DNA of 63,130 nt, the filler included, from Octopus bimaculoides (Eukaryota), in NCBI RefSeq assembly GCF_001194135.2. It is 7 parts of 7 records of this genome, joined end to end, with 100 filler letters (N's around TTAATTAATTAA, not from the genome) between each part and the next. Parts side by side here need not be neighbours in the genome. Positions count along the whole stretch, not along the records: positions 1 to 9,620 come from NC_068983.1; positions 9,721 to 24,544 come from NC_068991.1; 5 more parts are not named here. One strand, written 5' to 3'. Below are positions 1-12,598 of the stretch, in pieces (position 1 is the stretch's first letter; each line of letters begins with the position of its first letter). Position numbers and translations under genes: made by a program. The notes below the pieces were generated by a model. It saw nothing but the letters and a program-made list of their open reading frames with translations. It did no database searches and had not been told where the DNA came from.

Positions 1-1094
1 TATATATATATATATATATATATGAATATGTATGTATACATAGACACGAATACGTGCTTATATATGTGTATATATATATATACGTGTATATGCATGCATA
101 TATATGTGTATATATGTGTGTGTGTATATACATACATATATGTATATACATATATATATACATGTATATATATATATATATACACGTATCTATATATTGA
201 ATATGGATATATAGATACGAATACATGCAAATATATATATGTGTGTGTGTGTATGCATGTATTTAATCATATATACATATAAATATATGTATGTAATATC
301 AATATCTGTGTATGCGTATGTGCATATGTGCATATGTGTGTGCGTCCGTGCGTGCGTGCGTGTGTCTGCGTGTTGACGAGTGTGTGTGCGCTCGAGTACG
401 CGTCCAAATATACTGGAGTCGATTTTTTTTTTAGTGTAAACCCTTCAAGGCGTTGCCCCAGCATGGCGGCAGTCCAATGACTCAAACAAGTAAAAGATAA
501 AAATTAAATATGTGTATACTTGTATGTGTATATGTCTGTATGTATGTATGTATGTATGTATGTATGCATACATGCATGTTTGTATGGATGTATGTAAACG
601 GAACTGTCATTCCAATGAGTTTCTGTTCAGGCGTTGCGCACTCTCTTGATTAAATTTCTTGCCTAGATATTTGAGCTTGCACTGCTTAAATTCAAATGCG
701 ATTGTAGTATATATANNNNNNNNNNNNNNNNNNNNNNNNNNNNNNNNNNNNNNNNNNNNNNNNNNNNNNNNNNNNNNNNNNNNNNNNNNNNNNNNNNNNN
801 NNNNNNNNNNNNNNNNNNNNNNNNNNNNNNNNNNNNNNNNNNNNNNNNNNNNNNNNNNNNNNNNNNNNNNNNNNNNNNNNNNNNNNNNNNNNNNNNNNNN
901 NNNNNNNNNNNNNNNNNNNNNNNNNNNNNNNNNNNNNNNNNNNNNNNNNNNNNNNNNNNNNNNNNNNNNNNNNNNNNNNNNATATTTATATATATTCGTG
1001 CGTGTGTGTGTGCATATATATAGATAGATACTTCCACAAGTTTATATGACTATACTAACTTGCTTTTATGTGTATATATACACACGCATTCATA

Positions 1095-1145
<51 letters not shown>

Positions 1146-2186
1146 TCACATACACACACACACGCACACCTACATATATATAGGATAAGACTTTTGCTTA
1201 TATTTTATGTAAAAATTTTCTTTAATTTGCACGTGCATATATATCACTTTATACGCATCTTAATGGATATTCCTTTTCACTAAATATCGCCAGTGGGAAA
1301 GGCACAAAGTTGGCGATGTGCCTTATTCGTTTCTGAAATATAAGCCCTATAAAGATATAATATATAAATCATTATTAATATTATCATTAATATAATAACC
1401 GTTATTAATCTAATAAATTCTTATGACGGATGTGAGTGTCAGAATAGGAAAAATGTTTGGAAAAAATACTTCACGCTATCCTGTTTAGGTCTTGTTATCT
1501 TTACGTTCTGATTTCAAATCCCGTCGATTACGGCTTCAAATTTTATCTCTTCAGCCTGGATTACCCTAAATATTGGCTAAATGCAGGAGTTAATTTAATC
1601 TACAATATGATTCCATGAAATGGTTTGCGGTTGCAAATGTTAGAAACATATACAACTGTTCATGCACACACATACACACACGTCTGTGTATGTATGGATG
1701 TGCTTGCGAGCATGTAGGTATGTGCTCGCATGCATTTGTATGCTTGTAATAAGGTTTCTGGCTATTATCATATTAGAACGCCATATGAGTGTAGCAAAAC
1801 ATGTATAATCTAATAATTTGACCTAGGTACAAATGTGATGCTTGTTTGCTTGATCCTGGAAAAATAAAACAGGAGCTAGGACAACATTGTCGACTGGATT
1901 TGAACTCTACGGCATTTAATTAAGAATGGCGGACCAGTTGGTACGTACACTAACGATTATGTCGTACTATTTGCCGAACATGTTTCTGTGTAAACATAAT
2001 TATGTATACGTTGTATATAATATGTATATTTTGCAACGATACATATGTATGAGTACTATATATGAATGTGTGTGTGTGACCGTGCATGTATGCTATGTAA
2101 CTATGCGTGTGTGCATAAGATAGATAGATAGATAGATAGATAATTAAACAGATAGCGTATACATAATTATACATTTGAGTGTGCAT

Positions 2187-2229
<43 letters not shown>

Positions 2230-2341
2230 GCCCACGTGTTTTTATATACACACCTGAGGCAATGCATCTGCCGGTATTGCTGAAAAATAGTACTTAACAC
2301 GGTGCATTGTTTATACTATATTTAACATTCATACATTTTAA

Positions 2342-2650
2342 CATGCATGGCCAAGTGGTTAGGGTGTTGTACTCATGATCGACAGAATTTCAGAACCACT
2401 CCCAGACAGAGCGGCGTAGGGGTGCCGGCATACCAAAGATCTAACTCCGAGCTTCATCTGCATATCGTAAAAGGCGATTAAAAAGGAGGACGTAGGATTT
2501 GCATTCCGACTTGTAAAACCCTCACCAGCAACGACTATCGAAACAGATTGATAGGTTGGAGAGTTGTCGCTTTAGTTGTACAAGGATGTCATCCGCCAGG
2601 TGTATGAAATTATCAATACATGGTGGTTGCCGCGACGCTCATGTTCATAT
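2342..2650 (+). mobile_element. Decayed tRNA-head SINE, possibly with a Nin-type central domain
   Basis: A-box-like TGGCCAAGTGGTTAG at about 2348, followed by CATATCGTAAAAGGCGATTAAA (about 2461-2482), which resembles the GCTTGTCGTAAGAGGCGACTAA core I recall for Nin-domain SINEs. The B box is degenerate. Confidence 0.35.
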
Positions 2651-3329
2651 AATACTACAGATAGTAACTTGTGTAAACAATTGTAATGGTATGTAGGAAA
2701 CATCTCTTATTAATATATATATATATATANNNNNNNNNNNNNNNNNNNNNNNNNNNNNNNNNNNNNNNNNNNNNNNNNNNNNNNNNNNNNNNNNNNNNNN
2801 NNNNNNNNNNNNNNNNNNNNNNNNNNNNNNNNNNNNNNNNNNNNNNNNNNNNNNNNNNNNNNNNNNNNNNNNNNNNNNNNNNNNNNNNNNNNNNNNNNNN
2901 NNNNNNNNNNNNNNNNNNNNNNNNNNNNNNNNNNNNNNNNNNNNNNNNNNNNNNNNNNNNNNNNNNNNNNNNNNNNNNNNNNNNNNNNNNNNNNNNNNNN
3001 NNNNNNNNNNNNNNNNNNNNNNNNNNNNNNNNNNNNNNNNNNNNNNNNNNNNNNNNNNNNNNNNNNNNNNNNNNNNNNNNNNNNNNNNNNNNNNNNNNNN
3101 NNNNNNNNNNNNNNNNNNNNNNNNNNNNNNNNNNNNNNNNNNNNNNNNNNNNNNNNNNNNNNNNNNNNNNNNNNNNNNNNNNNNNNNNNNNNNNNNNNNN
3201 NNNNNNNNNNNNNNNNNNNNNNTATATATATATACATGTCCATTTCATTGAGACGTACATACATTCTTTCACTTTCTTTCTCTGTCCTTTTCGCTTTCTC
3301 TTCTTTCAATTTCTTCTCTCTTCAAATAA

Positions 3330-4317
3330 ATGTTTATGGAATGAGCGGGAGAAATACAGCGAAGTCGTAATCTCTCCAGAAACAAGTATAAAGAAAGGAG
3401 GATTATAGAAAACCGAAGGCAGGAGTCCGAAGAGAGATGAGATTTTCTCAAGATCAGCAAATGCATGTTTTAGGACTTGATGCTGGATGATCAAATCAAC
3501 GCTTTAATGATTAGACAGAGGTCCGGTAGAATAGCTCGCAAAACAGACTACGTACAAATTCGTTCTTCACAACTCCTGAAGCTGTTTTCAGATATGATCC
3601 ATCCCATTCTTATAAAAATGATAACCCTGTCCGAATTGGTGTGCTAAATACAGATTGTCATTTCTGTAGAGCTTTAAATTTTTCAAATAAAACAAATGGT
3701 ATGTGCTGCTCAGGCGGGCAGGTAACATTGGCAGCACTACCAGCTCCTTTTCAACCACTTATAGATCTTTTAGAAGGCACTTCCATCCAGTCAAAGGATT
3801 TTCTGAACAATATCAGACAATACAACTCTGCATTTCAAATGACATTTGGTGCATCTAAAAAGACAAACATGAATTTACGCCGACGTCAATGTTCAAGGGC
3901 AAGTCTATCACCTCATTGGTTCCCTGTTACCCACAAATAAATAACCACAGTTCCTCTTAATTTACTTGATGAGTGATGTAGGACAAAAAACCCGAAAGAG
4001 GTGTTAAAATTTCAGATGATGGGTCGTGTTAGACACAGCGCTGACTGCTGTAAAGAGAGTATATCCACTGACAGCTTTTCGGTGCGTTCAAAAATCACAT
4101 TACCCACCACCTCCAATTGTCTATGGCAGGCTAGGGCCTGAAATACTCCACTCGGATGCATAGCACGTCGCTTAGCCGAATTAGCCCATCATCTACTCCA
4201 CAAATGTATTGTTATCAATGCTGCACTTTCCCATATCACCTGTTTCAACTTAACTGTAATATATTTTATACAAACAATGCCATTTTAATCCCGAGCAACG
4301 CCGGGTATCTCTGCTAA
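3330..4317 (+). mobile_element. Helitron internal-deletion derivative (Rep N-terminal remnant plus 3' end)
   Basis: Translation AVFRYDPSHSYKNDNPVRIGVLNTDCHFCRALNFSNKTNGMCCSGGQV...SKDFLNNIRQYNSAFQMT(S)FGA and, after a frameshift, NVQGQVYHLIGSLLP match Helitron Rep/helicase N-terminal motifs (C..C...CC..G, NIR.YNS.FQMTSFG, .QGQVYH.IGSLLP). A 3' hairpin CCCG-AGCAACGC-CGGG (4290-4305) is followed by CTAA (CTRR, 4314-4317) and a T. Confidence 0.85.
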
Positions 4318-4331
4318 TATATATATATATA

Positions 4332-4368
<37 letters not shown>

Positions 4369-4649
4369 NNNNNNNNNNNNNNNNNNNNNNNNNNNNNNNN
4401 NNNNNNNNNNNNNNNNNNNNNNNNNNNNNNNNNNNNNNNNNNNNNNNNNNNNNNNNNNNNNNNNNNNNNNNNNNNNNNNNNNNNNNNNNNNNNNNNNNNN
4501 NNNNNNNNNNNNNNNNNNNNNNNNNNNNNNNNNNNNNNNNNNNNNNNNNNNNNNNNNNNNNNNNNNNNNNNNNNNNNNNNNNNNNNNNNNNNNNNNNNNN
4601 NNNNNNNNNNNNNNNNNNNTATATATAGTATATATATATATGTGTGTGT

Positions 4650-5480
4650 GTATGCCATATTTTTATACTGTTATATCTCCTTATATAAGTGCATACTTTA
4701 AGACTTCACAGGTGTTAAATTTTTTTGCAAGCTTATATTTTTAAATAAGTTTATCTGTTATTGAACCATTTATCTTATTATTCTGCCATTGATCCCTTCT
4801 TTTTCAATCAATAGAAAATGTGTACCTCTTTCCCACATAAATTCTGTATGTAAATTGAGCTCATTGTTTGAGTGGTTTTGTCGTGACCACCTAGTAGTTC
4901 TGGAAGAATGAAGCGTTTTATAAAAGTAATCTTTTTAATGCATAAATTGGTCTGTTGATCCTTCTTATCTTACCTGGCCCTTATACCCCTTTCTAAATTT
5001 AAAAAAAAATTACTTGTATTATTATTATACAAAATATAGTAATACACAGATTTTGCTATACCTTTTTCCCTCTGTGCCCTTAATGTTTATCTAGATCCCA
5101 TTGTAGCGTCCTATGTCTCATAGTGTCGGCCCCTTTAATCTGAAAATAATGAAAAGTTTTTTTATGTCACCCCTACCCGACCTCTTTTTCTAGGAACTTA
5201 CCACTATCTAATTGACTCCTTCTAAGATTTGTTTCTTTATATGGTAAGGGGAAATTATAGCCATAAGTAATTTAGAGAACATCTAATAATATTTACTTAT
5301 GACCAGCAACTATTTCTCAACTGTCAACTCCTAGTGCTCTTAATTCTCAACAAACACAGTCTACTAGCTGCATTAGATCTTTTGATGGCAATAAGGAGAT
5401 AGATAAAAATTAGAAATGAATTACAATCCCATGACCCCCACTGTGATCAATTGCTGTCACTCCAAAATTGTAGTTGTTTT
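4650..5480 (-). mobile_element. Highly decayed Penelope-like element (PLE) reverse transcriptase remnant
   Basis: Stitched minus-strand frames give VTAIDHSGGHGIVI (cf. IKPADKGGA.VI), FHYFQIKGADTM (cf. FY.QIKGTAMG) and STDQFMH...NNELNLHTEFMWERGTH (cf. TD..YLH...ELN.L...F..RGYP), with many stops and frameshifts. Confidence 0.5.
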
Positions 5481-5740
5481 TCTCTTAATTTATTTCTGCT
5501 ACAATAGTGGCTGCATAAGATTTTTACATTCTCTATGTCTAATAAAATATTAGCGAAAAATTATATTAGCATCTTGTTTGTTGAAAATTCATATTTTCGC
5601 AACTCAAGATGGCGCTATATATTAAACTGATGTAATGTTTGCATTGTTCGATTAAATGGAGCCGCCTGAAACGGCCGTATTGCATTGATATCTTGACATC
5701 CTTATTACTTATTTGATATATATATATGTGTGTATATATC

Positions 5741-6019
5741 GTTGCACTTCGTCGATTACGACGACGAGGGTTCCAGCTGATTCAATCAACGGAACAGCCT
5801 GCTCGTGAAATTAACGTGTAAGTGGCTGAGCACTCCACAGACACGTGTACCCTTAACGTAGTTCTCGAGGAGATTCAGCATGACACAAAGGCTGGCACTT
5901 TGAAATACAGGTACAACAAAAACAGGAAGAAAGAGTGAGAGAAAGTTGTGGTGAAAGAGTACAGCAGGGTTCGCCATCACCCCCTGCCGGAGCCTCGTGG
6001 ATCTTTAGGTATTTTCGCA
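5741..6019 (-). mobile_element. tRNA-derived SINE (family C), 5'-truncated copy
   Basis: Near-identical over about 280 bp to 58534-58854 (e.g. TCAACGGAACAGCCTGCTCGTGAAATTAACGTG, CCCCTGCCGGAGCCTCGTGG). It lacks the tRNA head. Confidence 0.85.
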
Positions 6020-6208
6020 TTTTAATTTTTCATTATAATCTCTATCCACCTGCTCAAAGAGAAACCACTTCTAAGCTACCTTCGAAAGGCAGTTTCAACA
6101 CCACATTTTTCAGTTAGAGTTCAAATCGGAGTTTTAGTGGTAAAGGAAACTCGGCGCTCATAGAACATAATTATTACATTACATCAGTTGGCGAAAGCTT
6201 CTTTTATA

Positions 6209-6209
<1 letters not shown>

Positions 6210-6278
<69 letters not shown>

Positions 6279-6291
6279 CTATCTCCCTCTC

Positions 6292-6375
<84 letters not shown>

Positions 6376-6390
6376 CACACACACACATAC
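6210..6390. repeat. (CT)n/(CA)n microsatellite
   Basis: Direct reading. It explains ORFs 6179-6388 and 6188-6406. Confidence 0.97.
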
Positions 6391-7137
6391 TTACTTCACG
6401 TCATAACTTCATGGTCGCATAAATCTCAAATCTCACTTATGTGTAGTTATAGTGAATACACGAGGCAGCCTATAACCAGTTTCAAAACAGTTGTGGTAAC
6501 CCAGGAAATAAACGTATATTGCTGCTACCATGCTGCACACGTCAACTTTTACTTTTCGATCTGACGGAAGCCGCTGGTAATATATCGATTGCGAAACCCA
6601 CTCGCTGTGCCTTCTTTGTTATCAAGGCTCTTAAACCATTCCCTCGTTGATTCGATTAAGCTTAGCTGCCTGTCGGAAAGTAAAAGGTAAATGGTTTGAT
6701 GAGTGAGAAGATCAGAACAAAAGAAGGCTATTTCTACGAATTTCCATATAAATATGATGCCTTTTACGAAGTCACAAGAGGCAAATATGGGTTGCGTAAA
6801 GTTTAATTTTATACGTATGCGCCGAAAGCGTTTGCATTGAAAATGTTCATACTTTCAATCAAGACTGTATTAATCTTGTTTTGCTATGAAGGTCTTTTTA
6901 ACATAGTATTTCATTTACTTTATTTGAAACTCGTGATTGTATCGGGATTTTTTTCCGAAAATTTCTAATATGATGTGCATAACAAGTCATTAAAATGATA
7001 GAGGAGATTACTACTGGTCAATACCAACGTCTTTCAATTAAAATACAAAAAGATGGACACTTTCATTGGTCGTCGTTTTGAACAATCGAAGTAGCTGTAC
7101 ATGAAGCAACAACAGCGGCAGGGCAGCAACAATAGTG

Positions 7138-7139
<2 letters not shown>

Positions 7140-7229
<90 letters not shown>

Positions 7230-7294
7230 GGTAGTAGTAGTAATAGTAGTAGTAGTAGTAGTAATAGTAGTGGTAGCAGCAGCAGCAGCAGTAT

Positions 7295-7331
<37 letters not shown>

Positions 7332-7451
7332 TGTTGTAGTAGTAGTAGTAGTAGTAGCAGTAGCGGTGGCGGCGGTGGCGGCAGTGGCGCCGGTGGTGTT
7401 GTTGGTGACGGTGGTGTTGGTGGCGGTGGTGGTAGTGGTGGAGGTGGTGTT
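7140..7451. repeat. Compound trinucleotide microsatellite (AGC/AGT/GGT)
   Basis: Direct reading. It runs into an N gap and generates poly-Ser/Gly, poly-Val and poly-Leu pseudo-ORFs. Confidence 0.95.
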
Positions 7452-8266
7452 NNNNNNNNNNNNNNNNNNNNNNNNNNNNNNNNNNNNNNNNNNNNNNNNN
7501 NNNNNNNNNNNNNNNNNNNNNNNNNNNNNNNNNNNNNNNNNNNNNNNNNNNNNNNNNNNNNNNNNNNNNNNNNNNNNNNNNNNNNNNNNNNNNNNNNNNN
7601 NNNNNNNNNNNNNNNNNNNNNNNNNNNNNNNNNNNNNNNNNNNNNNNNNNNNNNNNNNNNNNNNNNNNNNNNNNNNNNNNNNNNNNNNNNNNNNNNNNNN
7701 NNNNNNNNNNNNNNNNNNNNNNNNNNNNNNNNNNNNNNNNNNNNNNNNNNNNNNNNNNNNNNNNNNNNNNNNNNNNNNNNNNNNNNNNNNNNNNNNNNNN
7801 NNNNNNNNNNNNNNNNNNNNNNNNNNNNNNNNNNNNNNNNNNNNNNNNNNNNNNNNNNNNNNNNNNNNNNNNNNNNNNNNNNNNNNNNNNNNNNNNNNNN
7901 NNNNNNNNNNNNNNNNNNNNNNNNNNNNNNNNNNNNNNNNNNNNNNNNNNNNNNNNNNNNNNNNNNNNNNNNNNNNNNNNNNNNNNNNNNNNNNNNNNNN
8001 NNNNNNNNNNNNNNNNNNNNNNNNNNNNNNNNNNNNNNNNNNNNNNNNNNNNNNNNNNNNNNNNNNNNNNNNNNNNNNNNNNNNNNNNNNNNNNNNNNNN
8101 NNNNNNNNNNNNNNNNNNNNNNNNNNNNNNNNNNNNNNNNNNNNNNNNNNNNNNNNNNNNNNNNNNNNNNNNNNNNNNNNNNNNNNNNNNNNNNNNNNNN
8201 NNNNNNNNNNNNNNNNNNNNNNNNNNNNNNNNNNNNNNNNNNNNNNNNNNNNNNNNNNNNNNNNNN

Positions 8267-8306
<40 letters not shown>

Positions 8307-8476
8307 ACATACATAGATGCATTATATACATATGTATGTATGTATAGATGTGGATATTCATACATACATTATAAGATGGGTGCGTGAGTGTGCCTGCGTG
8401 TCTATGTTTGATGGCACACCACAAGGAATCATATGTGTGTCTGTATGCATATTTGTATATATGTTTGTGTGCGTGT

Positions 8477-8523
<47 letters not shown>

Positions 8524-8977
8524 CGTGTGTACGTANNNNNNNNNNTATATATGTGTGTGTGTGTGTGCGTGTGTACGTATGCATAGATATGTATACATAC
8601 ACACATACATATATATATATATATATACGTACACACAGCCATGCGTATATGCATACATACACCTGTACATGCCACTATCAATTCAAACATATATATGAAA
8701 TATTTAACACGAAACAATCTTCAGTGATAGAAGGGGGCAACTTTACAGAACTAATTTGCATTTGCTTGTAACGTAAATAAGGGTATGATGAACACACACA
8801 CACACACACACGCACGCACACACACACACACACTCTCAGACACACACTCTCACGCATACATGCACACACATACACACACACTCATATAAACATACATATA
8901 AGCATATATATACGTATATACATACGCACATAAAATAGGTATATACATACCCGCATACATACTTTCAAACAAAGACG

Positions 8978-9010
<33 letters not shown>

Positions 9011-9511
9011 GTGTGTCTGTGTGTGTATACATGCATACATACATAGATAGATAGATAGATACATACATACATACATACATAGATATGCACGCATACACAC
9101 AAAATGTATGTATGCATGTATATATGCTTACTTCCATATTTATATACGTTTTAGGTACTGAGTAGAATGCAATTATCAGTGGTAATAAGTTGTAGATTTT
9201 CTTGCTGAAATTTAGAGTAACAGCTAACAGTGAAAATGTTTGACACTAGCATTGCATTTGATAGAAGTGGCGAAGACATAACTCTGTAGTTTGCAAGGTG
9301 ATTCATTGAATTCACAAGAAACAGTTTCCTTCGGAGTTGCTATTGATATATTGCCGATATAATTACAAGAAATGTTCAAAAGCAGACATGTCTGTCGTAA
9401 ATATTAGAACTGTGAGAAGAAAACATGAATAAGAAGACACCCTGAAGAGCGTTTCAGGCTTGCAAGAAATATATTATATAGTTCATCCACACACACATGC
9501 ACACGCATGTA

Positions 9512-9556
<45 letters not shown>

Positions 9557-9720
9557 ATATATATCATGAACATGTATGCAAATATATATATATATACGTG
9601 TGTGGATGAACTATATAATANNNNNNNNNNNNNNNNNNNNNNNNNNNNNNNNNNNNNNNNNNNNTTAATTAATTAANNNNNNNNNNNNNNNNNNNNNNNN
9701 NNNNNNNNNNNNNNNNNNNN

Positions 9721-11135
9721 CGTTTCATCCTTTTGAGGTCGATAAATTTAAGTACCAGTGAAACACTGGGGTTGATGTAATCAACTAGTACCTCCACCAA
9801 AATTTCAGGCTTTGTGCCTATAGCAGAAAGGGCCGCCGCCCTTTTTTTATTATTATTATTATAATAAGGGCAGTGAGATGGCAGAATCATTAGCATGTGT
9901 TATTTCCCCTGTCGTTACATTCAAGTTCAAATTCAGCCAAGGTCAACTCTGCCTTTTTCATCCTTTTGGGTCGGGCAGGAGGGGTGGGGGTCAGTAAAAT
10001 AAGTACCAGTCCTGCAATGCTTAATTGCCTTTCACCCATCCTTATGTTCTGAGTTCAAATTCTGCTGAAGTTGGCTTTGCCGTTCGTCCTTTCAGGGTCG
10101 ATAAATTAAGTACCAGTGAAATGCTGAGGTCAATGCAACTGATTGGTAGTCCCCTCCACACAAATTTCAGGTTTTGTACCTTTAGTAGAAAGAATTATTA
10201 TCATTATTATTATTATTATTATTATTTTTATTATGGTGGTGGATTGACAAAGTCGTTAGACTACTGGAAGAAAATGCCTTGCAGTATTTCTTCTGCCTCT
10301 TAATATTCTAAGTTTAAATTATTCCAAGGGCGGCATTGCCTTTCATTGACAAAATGAAGTACCAATCAAATACTTGGGGGTTAATGTAATCAACTTACCC
10401 CTCCCCTTAAACTGCTGGCCTTGAGTCGAAATTTGAAATCATTATTATTGTTATTATTATTATTATTATTATTATTACAGGCGGCAGGCTGGCAGAATTG
10501 GTAACATGCCAGGCAAAATGTTTAGCGGCATTTCATCTGTCTTTACATTCCCAGTTCAAATTCCACTGAGGTCGATTTTGCCTTTCGTCCTTTTGGGGGT
10601 TGATATAAAAATAAAAAAAAAGTCCCAGTTCAGCACAGGGGTCGATGTTATCGACTTAACCCCTCCCCCAAATTGCTGGCCTAGTGCCAAAATTTGAGAC
10701 CAATTATTATTATTATTACTGTCATCAAGACAGCGAGCTGGCAGAACCGTTAGCACACCAGGTGAAACGCTTAGTGGTATTTCGTCTTCCGCTGCATTCT
10801 GAGTTCAAATTCCACAAAGGTCGACTAGTCCCCTCCCCCAAAATTTCAAGGCCTTGTGCCTTCAGTAGAAAGGTATATTATTATTATTATTAAGGTGGCA
10901 AACTGACAGAACTGTGAGCATGCCAGACAAAACGCTTAATGGCATTTCGTTCATTTTCATGTTCTGAGTTCAAATTCCACCAGGGTCTACTTTGCCTTTC
11001 ATTCTTTCAAGGTCAATGAAATAATACTAGTCAAGTATTGGGCTTGATGTAACCGACTTCTCCCTCCCCTCAAAAGCTGCTGACCCTGCGCAAAAATTTG
11101 AAACCACCACCACCATGATCATCATTATGATTATG

Positions 11136-11178
<43 letters not shown>

Positions 11179-11723
11179 TGGTGAGCTGGCAGAATCATTA
11201 GTACGTCAGACGAAATGCTTAACAGTATTTCGTCTGCCACTACGTTCTGAGTTCAAATTCCGCCGAGGTCACCTTTACCTCTCATCCTTCCGAGGTCGAT
11301 AAATTAAGTACCAGTGATACACTGGAGTCGATGTAATCAACTAGTCCCCTCCCCTCAAATTTCAGGCCTTGTGCTTTAGTAAAAAAAGGAATATTATTAT
11401 TATTATATTGTGTTGAACTGGCAGAATCGTTGGGATGCCAGGCAAAATGCTTAGCGACATTTCTTAATTCAAATTCTGCCAAGGTCAACTTTACCTTTCA
11501 CCCTTTCTAGGTCGATAAATTAAGTACCAGTGATACACTGGAGTCGATGTAATCAACTAGTCCCCTCCCCTCAAATTTACATTCTGAATTCAAATTCCAA
11601 GGTCAACTTTGCTTTTCATCCCTTCAGGGTCAATGCAATGGGTACCAGTTGAGCACTAGGGTAGGTGTAATCGACAAGTCCCCTCCCCACAAATTCCAGG
11701 CCTTGTGCCTTTTGTATAAAGGA

Positions 11724-11757
<34 letters not shown>
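9721..11757 (+). mobile_element. Head-to-tail array of about 9-10 Meta-domain-type tRNA SINEs (family B) separated by (ATT)n tails
   Basis: Repeated unit GGC(A/G)G(C/T)GAGCTGGCAGAATC.TTAGCA...TTCTGAGTTCAAATTC (B-box-like) ...GCCTTTCATCCTTT.GGGGTCGATAAATTAAGTACCAG...CCCCTCCCC..AAATTTCAGGCCTTGTGCCT then (TAT)n. All copies are on the same strand. The Meta-domain label comes from recall of the domain consensus. Confidence 0.9.
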
Positions 11758-11759
<2 letters not shown>

Positions 11760-12448
11760 GTAAGTATTACTTTGAAATAACAAATCGCTTTGCATCAATT
11801 TAATCCCTATTCATTTCTAAATTACCTGAAATTACGCACGAGATAAAATTCGCGTTAGACCAACTTGAGTATTCTAAAGGATGTCAAATAAAACAGAATG
11901 AGAAAGACCAAGATGCTGAAGGTAGTAAATAGAAATACAGAAATTATGGAAAACGAGGGAGGTAACTGATTGAGAATATATGGAGAGTTATATACCTTGA
12001 TAAATATTTACTTCAGTTAGAAAGCTTATTGATCTACTCATGATCAGAACCAAATTAGGCACACCATACCACAAATACTCAATACTGTTTTCAAATTGCT
12101 TATAATAGTTAAGTAGTTCTTAACTTATTCTAACTACTTATGTATGTATGGGACTGGCTCTATGTGGTTAATCGGCCTGCTAGAAATAGCAGCAAAGTTC
12201 GACCTCAGACCACATTCTACTGACTGCAAAATAGACACAGAAAACTATATCGTAATTACTTCCATCTTCAATTAATGTCTACGTTTCTGAGGTGCATTTT
12301 TTATATAGTTGGATACCTTTCCTGACAGGATAACATTTCTCTCGTGTCCAGGCAGGTTTTTAATGGAAGACTGGAAACAAACAACACTGTTTGTCTGATG
12401 GCGATACTCATTTACAACTATCACATGATGTCTTAGCAAAGGTACACA

Positions 12449-12495
<47 letters not shown>

Positions 12496-12581
12496 GTGGA
12501 TTTGTTTCAGGGAAAGTGAAAGAAGCATTGGTGCCGGTGTAGAATGTGATCTACCTACATGTTTCTGGTGTGGAGACACAA

Positions 12582-12598
12582 TGGCCCAGTGGTTAGTA
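12582..12598 (+). mobile_element. Isolated tRNA-like SINE head (A-box) fragment
   Basis: TGGAGACACAATGGCCCAGTGGTTAG (about 12571-12596) resembles a tRNA 5' half / Pol III A box and is truncated immediately afterwards. Confidence 0.4.

Noticed and set aside
4815-5215. Several microexon-like AG...GT boxes on the minus strand (e.g. KGYKGQ, ETNLRRSQLDS)
   Set aside because: They cannot be joined in frame and lie inside a decayed PLE RT that explains the sequence better.
7034-8424. Long ORFs (376-443 aa) with poly-Ser/Gly, poly-Val and poly-Leu
   Set aside because: They are made of trinucleotide microsatellite plus an N gap and open in several frames on both strands.
8490-8582. Direct duplication on both sides of a 10-N gap; similar at 61955-62042
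   Set aside because: Typical unmerged contig overlap or haplotype redundancy.
9472-9620. Inverted repeat of about 23 bp (TATTATATAGTTCATCCACACAC / reverse complement) enclosing microsatellite
   Set aside because: The right arm ends exactly at a scaffold spacer, so a contig-end foldback artefact is as likely as a real hairpin.
9621-9720. TTAATTAATTAA embedded in the middle of N runs (also at about 24589, 28314, 36906, 51974, 56315)
   Set aside because: It is an identical palindromic 12-mer with stops in all six frames, centred in 100-bp N spacers. This is a scaffolding spacer, not biology. Adjacency across these joins is uncertain.
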